64,000 bases of DNA from an uncultured Spirochaetota bacterium (lineage in GTDB: Bacteria > Spirochaetota > Spirochaetia > SZUA-6 > Fen-1364). The DNA is taken from assembly GCA_963781885.1 (NCBI GenBank), contig CAWAHW010000002.1:32001-96000 (forward strand). Reading direction: 5' to 3'. Position numbers and translations under genes: made by a program. The notes beneath the pieces were generated by a model that did not search any database, was not told the origin of the DNA, and saw only the letters and a list, made by a program, of their open reading frames with translations. Positions 29,893 to 39,295 of this stretch are shown here, piece after piece. How positions within the stretch are numbered: position 1 is the stretch's first letter; each line of letters starts with the position of its first letter.

Positions 29893-32800
29893 ATGAACGG
29901 TAGAAGCGAACCTGCCCGGTTTGTCCCGTGGAGGCGTTTCGCAGCTCTTGGAATCGGTTTCCTGATCCTGGCAATGGGCGCGGTGTGGCTCTTTGCAAGT
30001 CAACGGGCGAGCCTTCGGCGCCGCGCGGAAGAGGACCTCGGCGCAATAGCGCGCCTGCAGGTCGATCGGATCGTCAACTGGCGGGACCAGCGCATCGCGG
30101 ATGCGACCTCGCTCGCCGACAACCCGCTTCTGGACGACCAGATGGCCCTGTGGGCGCGGGACCCGGCGCCCGGGTTGACGGCGCGTCTTCTCGCGGCGCT
30201 CACGCCCGCGCAGCTTCAAAATCACTATGAGGACATCCTCCTCCTGGACGCGGCCGGCGTTGTCCGCGGCAGCGTCACGGGAGCCGATCGGTCGTTCGAG
30301 AAGGAAGATGCGGACACGCTCCAGCTCGCCATGCGCCAGAGGCGGGCGGTCATGACGGACATTCATCAGAACGGCACCGCGGCCTCCGTCATCGAGGTGT
30401 TCACACCCGTCTTTGCCGGCAGCGACGCGAGGGACGCTCTGCTCGGTGCAATCGTCCTTCGTTTTGATGCGACTGCCTTTCTCGAGAGCCTGCTCCAGTC
30501 CTGGCCCATGCACAGCGACACGGGGGAGACGTATCTCGTCCGTCGTGACGGTGACGCGGTCCTCTACCTGAGCGAGCTTCGATTCCGGAGGGACTCCGCC
30601 CTCTCTCTTCGCATCCCCCTCGCCCGCAGCGACGTCCTGGCAGTCAAGGCGGTGGGAGGCGCGACGGGCGTCATGTACGGCCGGGACTACCGCTCCGCGC
30701 GCGTGCTCGGGTATGCGCTCCCGGTGCCCGAGACGCCCTGGATCCTCCTGGCGAAAGAAGATGAGGGGGAGATCCTCGCCTCCTGGCGTCTCAACTCCGC
30801 GGTCCTCCTGGGCCTCCTGGTCGTCGCAGCCGCCGCGGCCGCCTTGGTCCTGGGTCTGGCGTGGCTGCGAAACACGCGGCGGCACGACGTCTCCCTGCAG
30901 GCCGGCGAGGAAAGGTATCAAACGACTCTCATGAGCGTCGGCGATTGCGTGATTGCCGCCGACGCCGACGGCGCAGTCCAAATCATGAACCCGGCCGCGG
31001 AAGCCCTCACCGGCTGGACGGAGGCGGAGGCGCAGGGCCGCCCGCTGGCGGATGTCCTCAAGATCGAGGATTCGGATGCGCGCAGCACCGTTCTCATTGC
31101 GCGCAATGGCAGTCCCCACGCCGTCGCGCGCAACGTCTCCCCGGTCCGCGGCAGCGCCGGCGCGCCGGCCGGGGTCGTCGTCGTTTTTCGGGACGTCACC
31201 GACGAGCTGCGGCGCAACGACGAACGGCACATCACGCTGCAGCTCCTCGGCTACCTCAACCAGGACAGCGACACCGAAGGGCTTGTCCGCAGCGTCACGG
31301 GGCTCCTCCAGTCGTGGACGCTGTGCGAGGCGGTGGGCGTGAGGCTCCAGGACGGCGACGACTACCCCTATTTCGAGACGCGCGGATTTCCCGGCGATTT
31401 CGTGGAGGCGGAAAGGTTCCTCTGCGAGCGCGGCATGGACGGACGCGCGCTGCGGGACAACGAGGGTCATCCCGCGCTCGCCTGCATGTGCGGGGCGGTC
31501 CTCCGGGAGCGCACGGACCCGACGAAGCCGTTTTTCACGCCCAAGGGGAGCTTCTGGAGCAACGGCACGAGCGAGCTCCTGGCGAGCACGACGGAGGCGG
31601 ACCGCCAGGGCCCCACCCGCAATCGCTGCAATGCCCAGGGCTACGAGTCGGTCGCCCTCATCCCCCTCCGCAGCGGAAGCGGCATGCTCGGTCTCCTCCA
31701 GGTCAACGACAAAAGGCCGGGTCGGTTCAGCCCCGAGCTGCTGCGTTTCCTGGAAAATGCCGCCGACCAGATCGCCATTGCGCTGGCGCAGCGGCGCGCG
31801 CGGGCGGCGCTGGAGGAGAGTGAGACGCACTACCGCTCGCTTTTCGGCAACATGCTGAACGGCTTCGCCTTCTGTAAAATGATCTATGAGGCCGGGGAGC
31901 CGGCCGATTTCATCTACCTCGACGTGAATGAAGCCTTCGGGAAGCTCACGGGCCTGGTCGACGTCGTCGGCCGCAAGGTCTCCGTCGTCATCCCCGGCAT
32001 ACGCGAATCGGACCCCGAGCTGATCCGGACCTACGGCAGGGTGGCGCGCGGCGGTCCGCCGGAGCGCTTCGAGACATACCTGGGGTCTCTCGACATGTGG
32101 TTTGCCATCTCGGTGTATTGCCCGCGCCCGGATCATTTCGTGGCGATCTTCGACGTGATCACGGAACGGAAAAAGGCGGAGGCGGGGCGGCAGCTCCTTG
32201 CCTCCGCGGTCGAGCAGGCCGCGGAGATGATCATCATCACGGATGCCGCCATGGCGGTGCAGTACGTCAACCCGGCATTCGAATCAGTCACCGGCTACGC
32301 GCGGGCGGAGGTCCAGGGCAAATTGCTCAACCTGCTGAATAGCGGAGAGCAGACGGCCGATTTCTATCGATCCATCTGGGAGACCATCAGCAAGGGGAAG
32401 CCATGGAAGGGCCGGTTCGTGAACAGGAAGAAGGACGGCACGGTCTATACGGAGGACACCGTCATTTCACCCGTTTATGACGCGAACGGCAGGATCGCGA
32501 ATTACGTCGCGGACTCGCATGACATCACCCGCGAGCTTCAGCTCGAAGGCCAGCTCCTCCAGGCGCAGAAGATGGAATCGGTCGGCAGGCTCGCCGGAGG
32601 CGTGGCGCACGACTTCAACAACATGCTCCAGGTCATCAGCAGCTACGTCGAGTTCTCAATGCGGGATTCCACGCTGAGCGACGCGCAGCGCCGCAATCTC
32701 CAGCAGATCCGCACCGCGGCGAGCCGGTCCGCCGACCTCACGTCGCAGCTTCTCGCCTTCGCGCGCAAGCAGCCCTTCAATCCGAAGATCCTCGATCTGA

Positions 32801-33705
32801 ATGACGCGGTTGGGGGCACCATCAAGATGCTCCGTCGCCTCATCGGGGAGAACATCGAGCTCGTCTGGAAACCCGGTTCCCTGAAGGGGAGGGTGAAGAT
32901 CGACCCGACGCAGCTCGACCAGATACTGGCCAATCTCAGCGTTAACGCCCGCGACGCGATCGACGGCGTTGGCGTCCTCACGCTGGAGACGGTGGAGGTC
33001 GTCTTCGACCAGGCCTACTGCGACACGCACGCGGGCTTCCTCCCCGGACGCTTCCTCCTTCTCTCCGTCGGGGACGACGGCCCGGGCATGACGCGCGAGG
33101 TGCAGGCGCATCTGTTCGAGCCGTTCTTCACGACAAAACCCGCCGGCCAGGGGACCGGCCTGGGGCTCGCAACGGTGTACGGCATCGTGAAGCAGAACAA
33201 CGGCTTCATCAATGTCTACGCGGAGACCGGTCATGGCTCACTTTTCCGCATCTACCTGCCCGACGCATCGCAGCAGGGGGACGTCGCAGAGGTGAAGGCG
33301 GAGAAAACGGCGCCGCAGGGCGGGAAGGAGACCATTCTCCTTGTGGAGGACGAGAAGGCGATACTCGAGGTGAGCAAGACGATCCTCGAGAGCCTCGGCT
33401 ACACGGTGCTCACGGCCGGCACGCCGGCGGAGGCGATCCGCCTGGTGGAGAGCCACGACGCCTCCATCGACCTGCTCGTCACCGACGTCATCCTCCCGCA
33501 GATGAACGGGCGCGACCTCTCCCGGCGCCTCGCCGTCCGCCAGCCGCGGATGAAGTGCCTCTATATCTCGGGGTACACCGCGGACGTGATCGACCACCAG
33601 GGCCTGCTGGATCCCGGGGTGTACTTCCTCCCCAAGCCGTTCGCCATCCATGACCTTTCCGCGAAGATTCGCGAGGTGCTGGAAGGGACCGGACAACCGG
33701 CGTGA
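29893..33705 (+). CDS. membrane hybrid sensor kinase (Cache-like/PAS/GAF/PAS/PAS/HisKA/HATPase/REC)
   Basis: Two TM helices, AQKMESVGRLAGGVAHDFNNML, FFTTKPAGQGTGLGL, and a C-terminal REC (LLVEDE, TDVILP, KPF). Confidence 0.95.
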   Translation: MNGRSEPARFVPWRRFAALGIGFLILAMGAVWLFASQRASLRRRAEEDLGAIARLQVDRIVNWRDQRIADATSLADNPLLDDQMALWARDPAPGLTARLLAALTPAQLQNHYEDILLLDAAGVVRGSVTGADRSFEKEDADTLQLAMRQRRAVMTDIHQNGTAASVIEVFTPVFAGSDARDALLGAIVLRFDATAFLESLLQSWPMHSDTGETYLVRRDGDAVLYLSELRFRRDSALSLRIPLARSDVLAVKAVGGATGVMYGRDYRSARVLGYALPVPETPWILLAKEDEGEILASWRLNSAVLLGLLVVAAAAAALVLGLAWLRNTRRHDVSLQAGEERYQTTLMSVGDCVIAADADGAVQIMNPAAEALTGWTEAEAQGRPLADVLKIEDSDARSTVLIARNGSPHAVARNVSPVRGSAGAPAGVVVVFRDVTDELRRNDERHITLQLLGYLNQDSDTEGLVRSVTGLLQSWTLCEAVGVRLQDGDDYPYFETRGFPGDFVEAERFLCERGMDGRALRDNEGHPALACMCGAVLRERTDPTKPFFTPKGSFWSNGTSELLASTTEADRQGPTRNRCNAQGYESVALIPLRSGSGMLGLLQVNDKRPGRFSPELLRFLENAADQIAIALAQRRARAALEESETHYRSLFGNMLNGFAFCKMIYEAGEPADFIYLDVNEAFGKLTGLVDVVGRKVSVVIPGIRESDPELIRTYGRVARGGPPERFETYLGSLDMWFAISVYCPRPDHFVAIFDVITERKKAEAGRQLLASAVEQAAEMIIITDAAMAVQYVNPAFESVTGYARAEVQGKLLNLLNSGEQTADFYRSIWETISKGKPWKGRFVNRKKDGTVYTEDTVISPVYDANGRIANYVADSHDITRELQLEGQLLQAQKMESVGRLAGGVAHDFNNMLQVISSYVEFSMRDSTLSDAQRRNLQQIRTAASRSADLTSQLLAFARKQPFNPKILDLNDAVGGTIKMLRRLIGENIELVWKPGSLKGRVKIDPTQLDQILANLSVNARDAIDGVGVLTLETVEVVFDQAYCDTHAGFLPGRFLLLSVGDDGPGMTREVQAHLFEPFFTTKPAGQGTGLGLATVYGIVKQNNGFINVYAETGHGSLFRIYLPDASQQGDVAEVKAEKTAPQGGKETILLVEDEKAILEVSKTILESLGYTVLTAGTPAEAIRLVESHDASIDLLVTDVILPQMNGRDLSRRLAVRQPRMKCLYISGYTADVIDHQGLLDPGVYFLPKPFAIHDLSAKIREVLEGTGQPA

Positions 33706-36467
33706 TAAGGGACGCACGGAAGGATTACCTGCATCTCGTCCCTCCGTTGCTCGTGCTTGCTTTTGCCGTCACGTTCTTCAGATCCAATAATGCCTCGGTC
33801 TTCGAGCCGCCTTTTCTTCTGCCGCTTTTGAACACGGTCCTGCTCTCCGCGCTGCCCTTCGTCATTGCTTTCCTTGCCGCAAGGAGCTTCGTACGGCAGG
33901 GAACGCGCATGTTCGTCCTGTACGGCTGCGGCATGGTGGTCTTCGGCATGGGGAGCCTGCTGGGAGGGTGGGGTCTCCTTCTCTACGGTGAAAACGTTTC
34001 GGTGACGGCGCAGAATATCGGCTGCTTCCTCGGCGGCATGTGCCACCTTGCCGTCGTCATTTTCCTTATCCTCGGCCCGCCGGGAAAGCCTCAGCGTTCG
34101 CGGCGGCACGCCGCCCTGGCATGCGCAGCCGCTTACGCGGCCTTTGTCATCGTGGTTGTCGTCGTTTCCGTGTTTGCGAACAAAGGGTACCTGCCGATCT
34201 ACTTCGCCCCGGATCGAGGCCTCACATCGACCCGGCTCATCGTCCTTTCCACGTCCGCGATCACCTACACGCTGAGCGCAATCCTCGTTGCGGCCCTGAA
34301 TACACGCACCCGCATGCTGTTTCTCACGCTGTACTCCTGCGGTCTTTTTCTCACCGCCATGGGGCTGGGCGTGCTGCTGAACCTGGGGACCATTGGCAGC
34401 GCGCTCGGCTGGACGGGCAGGACGGCCCAGTACGCGGGAAGCCTTTACTTCGGCGCCGCGATTCTCGTGGGCATCCGCGAGACGCGGCTTGCCGGCACGT
34501 CTCTGCCCGTCTACCTGGGGGAGCTCTTTCGGTCCCGGCTGGATGACCAGGTGCGCGACAGGACGCATGACCTTGTCACCCTGAACGAAAGGCTCGTGCA
34601 CGAGGCGCAGGAGAGACTCCTGGCGGAAGAAGAGCTGCGTCGCAGCGAGGAACGCCTGCGTCTCGCCGCGGAATCGACCGGGTTCGGCGTCTATCGCTAC
34701 AGCTTCGGGACGGGCAGCGCGTACTACTCCCCCGAGCTCCTGAAGCTCTTCGGCCTGCCGCCGGATGCCCCGTTGCCCCTGGATGAGGACCTGGTTGCAC
34801 GGGCGCTACACCCCGACGATCGCGCCGACTATCTCGCGCACATGAACGCGGCAAATGACCCGGGCGGTTCCGGGATCCTGGACCTCGAGTACCGCATCCT
34901 GAGGACCGACGGCGAGCAGAGATGGCTGAAGGTCCGCGGACGGACCACTTTCTCCGGCAGCGGCGACGGGGGACGACCCGTGTCTGCCAGCGGAATCGTC
35001 CAGGACGTCACGGAACGCAGGCAGGCGGAAGCGAAGATCGAGGAGCGGGAAGCGACGTATCGGTCCGTCATCGAGAACTCCCTTCAGGGCGTTGCCATCA
35101 TCCAGGATGGCAGGATTGTCCTTTGCAATGAGGCCCTCTGCAGGATGAATGGCTACTCCCGGGACGAGGTGTATCGCATGACGCAGGAGGAGGTTCTCGA
35201 GACCGTCCACGTGGAGGATCGCGCAATGGTGGCCGCGTCGACGCGCGCGCTCACGGAAGGCGTCGAGCTGCCGGCCCGGGTCGTCCGATTTCTGGACAAG
35301 ACGGGCGGAATCCGATGGGTCGAAGTGCTCGCGGCAAGGACGGTGTTCCATGGATCGCCTGCCTTCCAGATGTCGTATGTCGACGTCACGGAGCGACGAC
35401 GCGCGGAAGCTGCCTACCATTCACTCATCGACCACGCCATGCTCGGCATGGCCATCCTGAAGGATGGCCGCGTCGTTTTTGCCAACCCGGCGCTCGCGGA
35501 AATCTGCGGGTATTCCGTGGACGGAGCTGCTCCATCTCGACGCCCGAGCAGGAGGTATCCGTTGCCTGATTGTACGAGGACGTGGAGATTGGAAGTGCTG
35601 CAGTCACGCATCGTCCGAGCGCCTTGCGGGCCAGAGGCCGCGCGGACCCAGGTGTTCAGGATTCATGCGCAAGGACGGAAGCCTGCGATGGGTGGAGACG
35701 CAGACGATGCGTCATCGACTATGAAGGAGAGCCCCGCGTTGCAGGTGTCGTACAAGGATGCGACGACGGAATTGGCCGCGGAAGAGAGGCTCCGGAGCGC
35801 CCACACGAATATGCGGAACCTGGCCGTGCACCTGCTCCACGCCCGCGAGGAGGAGCGGCGAAATGTTGCGCGGGAGATTCATGACGAGCTCGGCCAGACC
35901 CTGGCGGCACTCAAGATGGACCTCCATTGGCTGGCAAAGCGCCTGTCGGCGGACACGGGGCCGGTGCAGGAGAAGATCAAAGGAACGATCGAGCTCGGGG
36001 AACAGGCAATCAGCACCGTGCAGCGCATCGCCGCGTATCTCCGGCCGAGGATGCTGGACGACCTGGGCCTGGCACCGGCGCTGGAGCAGCTCGGTGCAGA
36101 TTTCATGCGTCGAACGAAGATCACCTGCAGCGTGACGGCCGAGGTCTCTGCGCTGATTGGAAAAAACGCGGCAACCACGTTGTACCGGATAGCCCAGGAA
36201 GCCCTGGCGAATGTCGGGCGGCATTCACACGCCGACAACGCCTCCATCCGCATGACCGTTGCCGGCGGAACGCTCGATCTCCGCGTCGAGGATGACGGCA
36301 TTGGCATCACCTGGCAGCAGGCGGAAGCGCCCGGCGCGTATGGTCTCATCGGGCTCCGCGAGAGAGTGGAGGGCCTGGGGGGCAGCCTGTCCATCACGGG
36401 AGAGCTCGGACGCGGGACGATCGTTCTGGCGCGCATTCCCCTTCCGCCGGAAGGGGGGCTCGCGTGA
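33702..36467 (+). CDS. multi-TM, multi-PAS sensor kinase, HisKA_3 (NarX/UhpB type)
   Basis: N-terminal TM bundle, three PAS domains, REEERRNVAREIHDELGQ, LDDLGL, QEALANV, DDGIG and GLIGLRERV. 35520-35720 is scrambled by compensating indels. Confidence 0.92.
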   Translation: MIRDARKDYLHLVPPLLVLAFAVTFFRSNNASVFEPPFLLPLLNTVLLSALPFVIAFLAARSFVRQGTRMFVLYGCGMVVFGMGSLLGGWGLLLYGENVSVTAQNIGCFLGGMCHLAVVIFLILGPPGKPQRSRRHAALACAAAYAAFVIVVVVVSVFANKGYLPIYFAPDRGLTSTRLIVLSTSAITYTLSAILVAALNTRTRMLFLTLYSCGLFLTAMGLGVLLNLGTIGSALGWTGRTAQYAGSLYFGAAILVGIRETRLAGTSLPVYLGELFRSRLDDQVRDRTHDLVTLNERLVHEAQERLLAEEELRRSEERLRLAAESTGFGVYRYSFGTGSAYYSPELLKLFGLPPDAPLPLDEDLVARALHPDDRADYLAHMNAANDPGGSGILDLEYRILRTDGEQRWLKVRGRTTFSGSGDGGRPVSASGIVQDVTERRQAEAKIEEREATYRSVIENSLQGVAIIQDGRIVLCNEALCRMNGYSRDEVYRMTQEEVLETVHVEDRAMVAASTRALTEGVELPARVVRFLDKTGGIRWVEVLAARTVFHGSPAFQMSYVDVTERRRAEAAYHSLIDHAMLGMAILKDGRVVFANPALAEICGYSVDGAAPSRRPSRRYPLPDCTRTWRLEVLQSRIVRAPCGPEAARTQVFRIHAQGRKPAMGGDADDASSTMKESPALQVSYKDATTELAAEERLRSAHTNMRNLAVHLLHAREEERRNVAREIHDELGQTLAALKMDLHWLAKRLSADTGPVQEKIKGTIELGEQAISTVQRIAAYLRPRMLDDLGLAPALEQLGADFMRRTKITCSVTAEVSALIGKNAATTLYRIAQEALANVGRHSHADNASIRMTVAGGTLDLRVEDDGIGITWQQAEAPGAYGLIGLRERVEGLGGSLSITGELGRGTIVLARIPLPPEGGLA

Positions 36468-37096
36468 TCCGCATCCTGGTGGCCGACGATCACAGCGTCG
36501 TGCGGAAAGGGCTGCTGCAGATCGTCGCCGAAAGTCCCGGCATGAAGGTCGTCGGCGAAGCCGCCTCCGGGCAGGAAGCCCTGGAGCTGGCCCGCTCCTG
36601 CCCGTTCGACGTCGTCATTCTCGACATTGCCATGCCCGGACGCGGCGGCCTGGATATCCTCCGGGAGCTGAAAGCGGAAAAACCGGCCTTGAAAGTGCTC
36701 GTGCTGAGCATGTACCCCGAGGAGCAATACGCCATTCGCAGCCTTCGAGATGGCGCTTCAGGCTACCTTACGAAGGGGTGCCCGCCGGAAGAGCTCGTCC
36801 TGGCAATCAGGACAATCGCGGACGGAAAGAGATACATCACGCCGTCAGTTGCCGACAGGCTCGCTTCCTATGTCGAAGACAGCGCCGGAGAAACCCCCCA
36901 CGAATCACTGTCCGACAGGGAAATGAGCGTCCTTGTCCTGATCGGCGCAGGGAAACAGGTTTCGGACATCGCGGAAGAGCTGAAGCTCAGCGTCAAGACA
37001 GTGAGCACGTATCGCTCGCGCGTGCTTGCAAAAATGAGAATGGAAACGAACGCCCAGCTTATCCGCTATGCCCTCCAGCACCGTCTCGTCGAATGA
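36464..37096 (+). CDS. NarL/UvrY-family response regulator
   Basis: LVADDHSVVRKG, LDIAMP, and a LuxR HTH LSDRE...LKLSVKTVSTYRSR. Confidence 0.95.
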   Translation: MIRILVADDHSVVRKGLLQIVAESPGMKVVGEAASGQEALELARSCPFDVVILDIAMPGRGGLDILRELKAEKPALKVLVLSMYPEEQYAIRSLRDGASGYLTKGCPPEELVLAIRTIADGKRYITPSVADRLASYVEDSAGETPHESLSDREMSVLVLIGAGKQVSDIAEELKLSVKTVSTYRSRVLAKMRMETNAQLIRYALQHRLVE

Positions 37097-37114
37097 TGTA
37101 GGAAAAGTCCTACA
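37097..37114. promoter_or_regulatory. palindromic putative response-regulator binding site
   Basis: TGTAGG-AAAAGT-CCTACA, the same geometry as the GacA/UvrY box TGTAAG-N6-CTTACA. Confidence 0.6.
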
Positions 37115-37170
37115 AAAGAATCCGACATTACCTGATACCGACGTGAAAAGCGTCACATGATAATGCCATT

Positions 37171-37545
37171 GTGATAGTACTTCTGATCGATCATGAGACG
37201 CCGTTGCGGACGCGGCTCGCGGGAGCCATCTCCGAGCTGGCGGATGTCCAGCTTCAAATCCAGGAGCCCGGCTCGTCGGAAGTCGACACGACTATCACGG
37301 AGCTGCGTCCTGATGTCGTTCTCATCGACATCGACGAATCGCGCGGCAGCGGTCTGGAAATGATCAAGCGGATCCGTGCGCGCCGGCAGGAGCGGAGACC
37401 GGTGATCATGGCGATCGCCAGCTCCGCCTCCATTCGGTATCGGGAAAGTTGCCTGGAAGCCGGCGCCATGTACTTTTTCAATTGCATGAGAGAGCAGGAC
37501 TGGCTCCTGGAATCACTTGCATCGATCCGCGAGCAATTGGGGTGA
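37171..37545 (+). CDS. single-domain, atypical response regulator
   Basis: LLIDHE, PDVVLIDID, SGLEMIKRI and CLEAGAMYFF. The conserved Lys is absent. Confidence 0.75.
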   Translation: MIVLLIDHETPLRTRLAGAISELADVQLQIQEPGSSEVDTTITELRPDVVLIDIDESRGSGLEMIKRIRARRQERRPVIMAIASSASIRYRESCLEAGAMYFFNCMREQDWLLESLASIREQLG

Positions 37546-37578
37546 ATCACACTATGTGACAGGGAGGCTCGAGATCGC

Positions 37579-38241
37579 ATGAAAGAACAGTCTGGCCGTG
37601 ACTCCCTATCCGACAATCGTCTTCCCGCATTCACCCGGGCGCTCCTGGAAGTGGACCGCGTGGCATCCCAGCGGATCCTCCTGGAGTCCGATCCGTCGGG
37701 CGGTCCGATGGAGCGCATCGAGCGGCTGATCGTTCCCGCGCTCGTCAGCATCGGCAACGGCTGGGACGACGGGAGCGTTTCTCTTTCCCAGGTCTACATG
37801 GCGGGTCGGTTGTGCGAAACGCTGGTCGACGCGATCCTGCCGGCTGCCGATCCGCAGCGGCGCCGCAATCCAATCATGGCGATTGCCGTGCTCGAAGACT
37901 ACCACATGCTCGGCCTGCGCATCGTCTACGCGGCCCTGCGCGCTTCGGGCTTTGAGCTTGCCAACTACGGTCGGCTCAGCGTGGATGAGGTGACGGCGCG
38001 CGTGAAGGCTGACGGCGTCGCTTTCCTGCTGCTGTCGGTCCTGATGCTTCCCTCCGCTCTGCAGATCAAAGAGGTGACGGCGCGCCTTCGCGCCGAAAGC
38101 CCGGCGACGAAGGTCATCGTCGGCGGTGCGCCTTTCCGTTTCGACCCGAACCTCGCCGCCGAGGTCGGAGCCGACGCCGTGGGCGATTCCGCCGGAGAGG
38201 CCGTGGCCATCGTGCGCCGCTTCATGGAAGTCCGGCCGTGA
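37579..38241 (+). CDS. corrinoid (cobalamin-binding) protein
   Basis: Cap domain IVPALVSIGNGWDDGSVSLSQVY, B12 motif EDYHMLG (DxHxxG), LLSVL, VIVGGAP and VGADA. Confidence 0.9.
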   Translation: MKEQSGRDSLSDNRLPAFTRALLEVDRVASQRILLESDPSGGPMERIERLIVPALVSIGNGWDDGSVSLSQVYMAGRLCETLVDAILPAADPQRRRNPIMAIAVLEDYHMLGLRIVYAALRASGFELANYGRLSVDEVTARVKADGVAFLLLSVLMLPSALQIKEVTARLRAESPATKVIVGGAPFRFDPNLAAEVGADAVGDSAGEAVAIVRRFMEVRP

Positions 38242-39295
38242 GCGCCGTCATGACGTCTGCCGAGCGCGTTCAAACGGCGCTCGCACACAAGGAGCCCGAC
38301 CGTGTGCCGTTCCTGCTTCCCGCCATCCTGCGGGGTGCACGGGAGATGGGTCTCTCCATCCAGGACTACTTTTCGGACGCGGAAGCCGTTGCGGAAGGCC
38401 AGATACCGGCTTCAGCAGAAGCTCGGACATGACGGGCTTTTCGGATTCTTTTATTCCAGCCAGGAGCACGAAGCATTCGGTGGGGAAACGGTATTTCGCG
38501 CCGATGGTCCGCCGAATGCCGCCGGGCCGGTGATCTCGACGCCGGCGGACATCGATAGGATGGAGCCGCCGCGCATCGATGACTCCCCGACCCTCCGGCG
38601 CGTGCTGCGCGTCATCGCGCTGCTGCGGGCGCATGCCGGGCAATGACGTCCCGGTCCTCGGCGTCGCGATCTCGCCGTTTTCACTTCCCGTGATGCAGAT
38701 GGGCTTCGAGTCCTATCTCGTGCTCATGCACGAGGACCCGGTGCGATTCGAGCGCCTTGTCCGCGTCAACGAGGAGTTCACCGTCGCGTGGGCGAATGCG
38801 CAGATCGCAGCCGGGGCGAGCGCCATCTCATTCGCCGATCCCGTCTCGTCTCCCACGATCGTTCCGCGGTCGCTGTACCTGCGCACGGGATGGGCGATCG
38901 CGTCGCGGACGCTCGCCCGCATCGGCGCCCCGTGCGCGACCAGCTTCGCGTCGGGGCGGATCCTGCCGATCGTGGAGGACATCGCGCGGACCTGCACGGT
39001 CGCCGTCGGGGCGAGCGCGATGGAGGACCTGGCGGCGACCAAGGACCTCTGCCGCGGACGCCTGGCGGTGATGGGGAATCTCAACGCAATCGAGATGCGG
39101 TGCTGGACACCCGCGGTCGCGGAAAAGAAGGTCAAGGAAGCCATTTCCAAGGCAGGACCCGGCGGCGGCTTCGTGCTGACCGACAATCACGGCGAGATCC
39201 CGTGGCAGGTGCCCGACGAGGTCCTTGTCGCCATCGCCGATGCGGTGCGCCGTTGGGGCTCCTATCCCCTGGCGTGGGTTTCCGACGATGCCTGA
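38238..39295 (+). CDS. uroporphyrinogen decarboxylase/MtaA-CmuA methyltransferase family protein; frameshifts near 38403 and 38640
   Basis: [47 protein letters not shown] and GGGFVL, spread over three frames. Confidence 0.85.

Noticed and set aside
35520-35720. Novel inserted domain in the HisKA_3 kinase
   Set aside because: Fragments of a normal PAS domain (ELLHL, FMRKDGSLRWVETQT, VIDY) appear in alternate frames, so this is a cluster of compensating indels.
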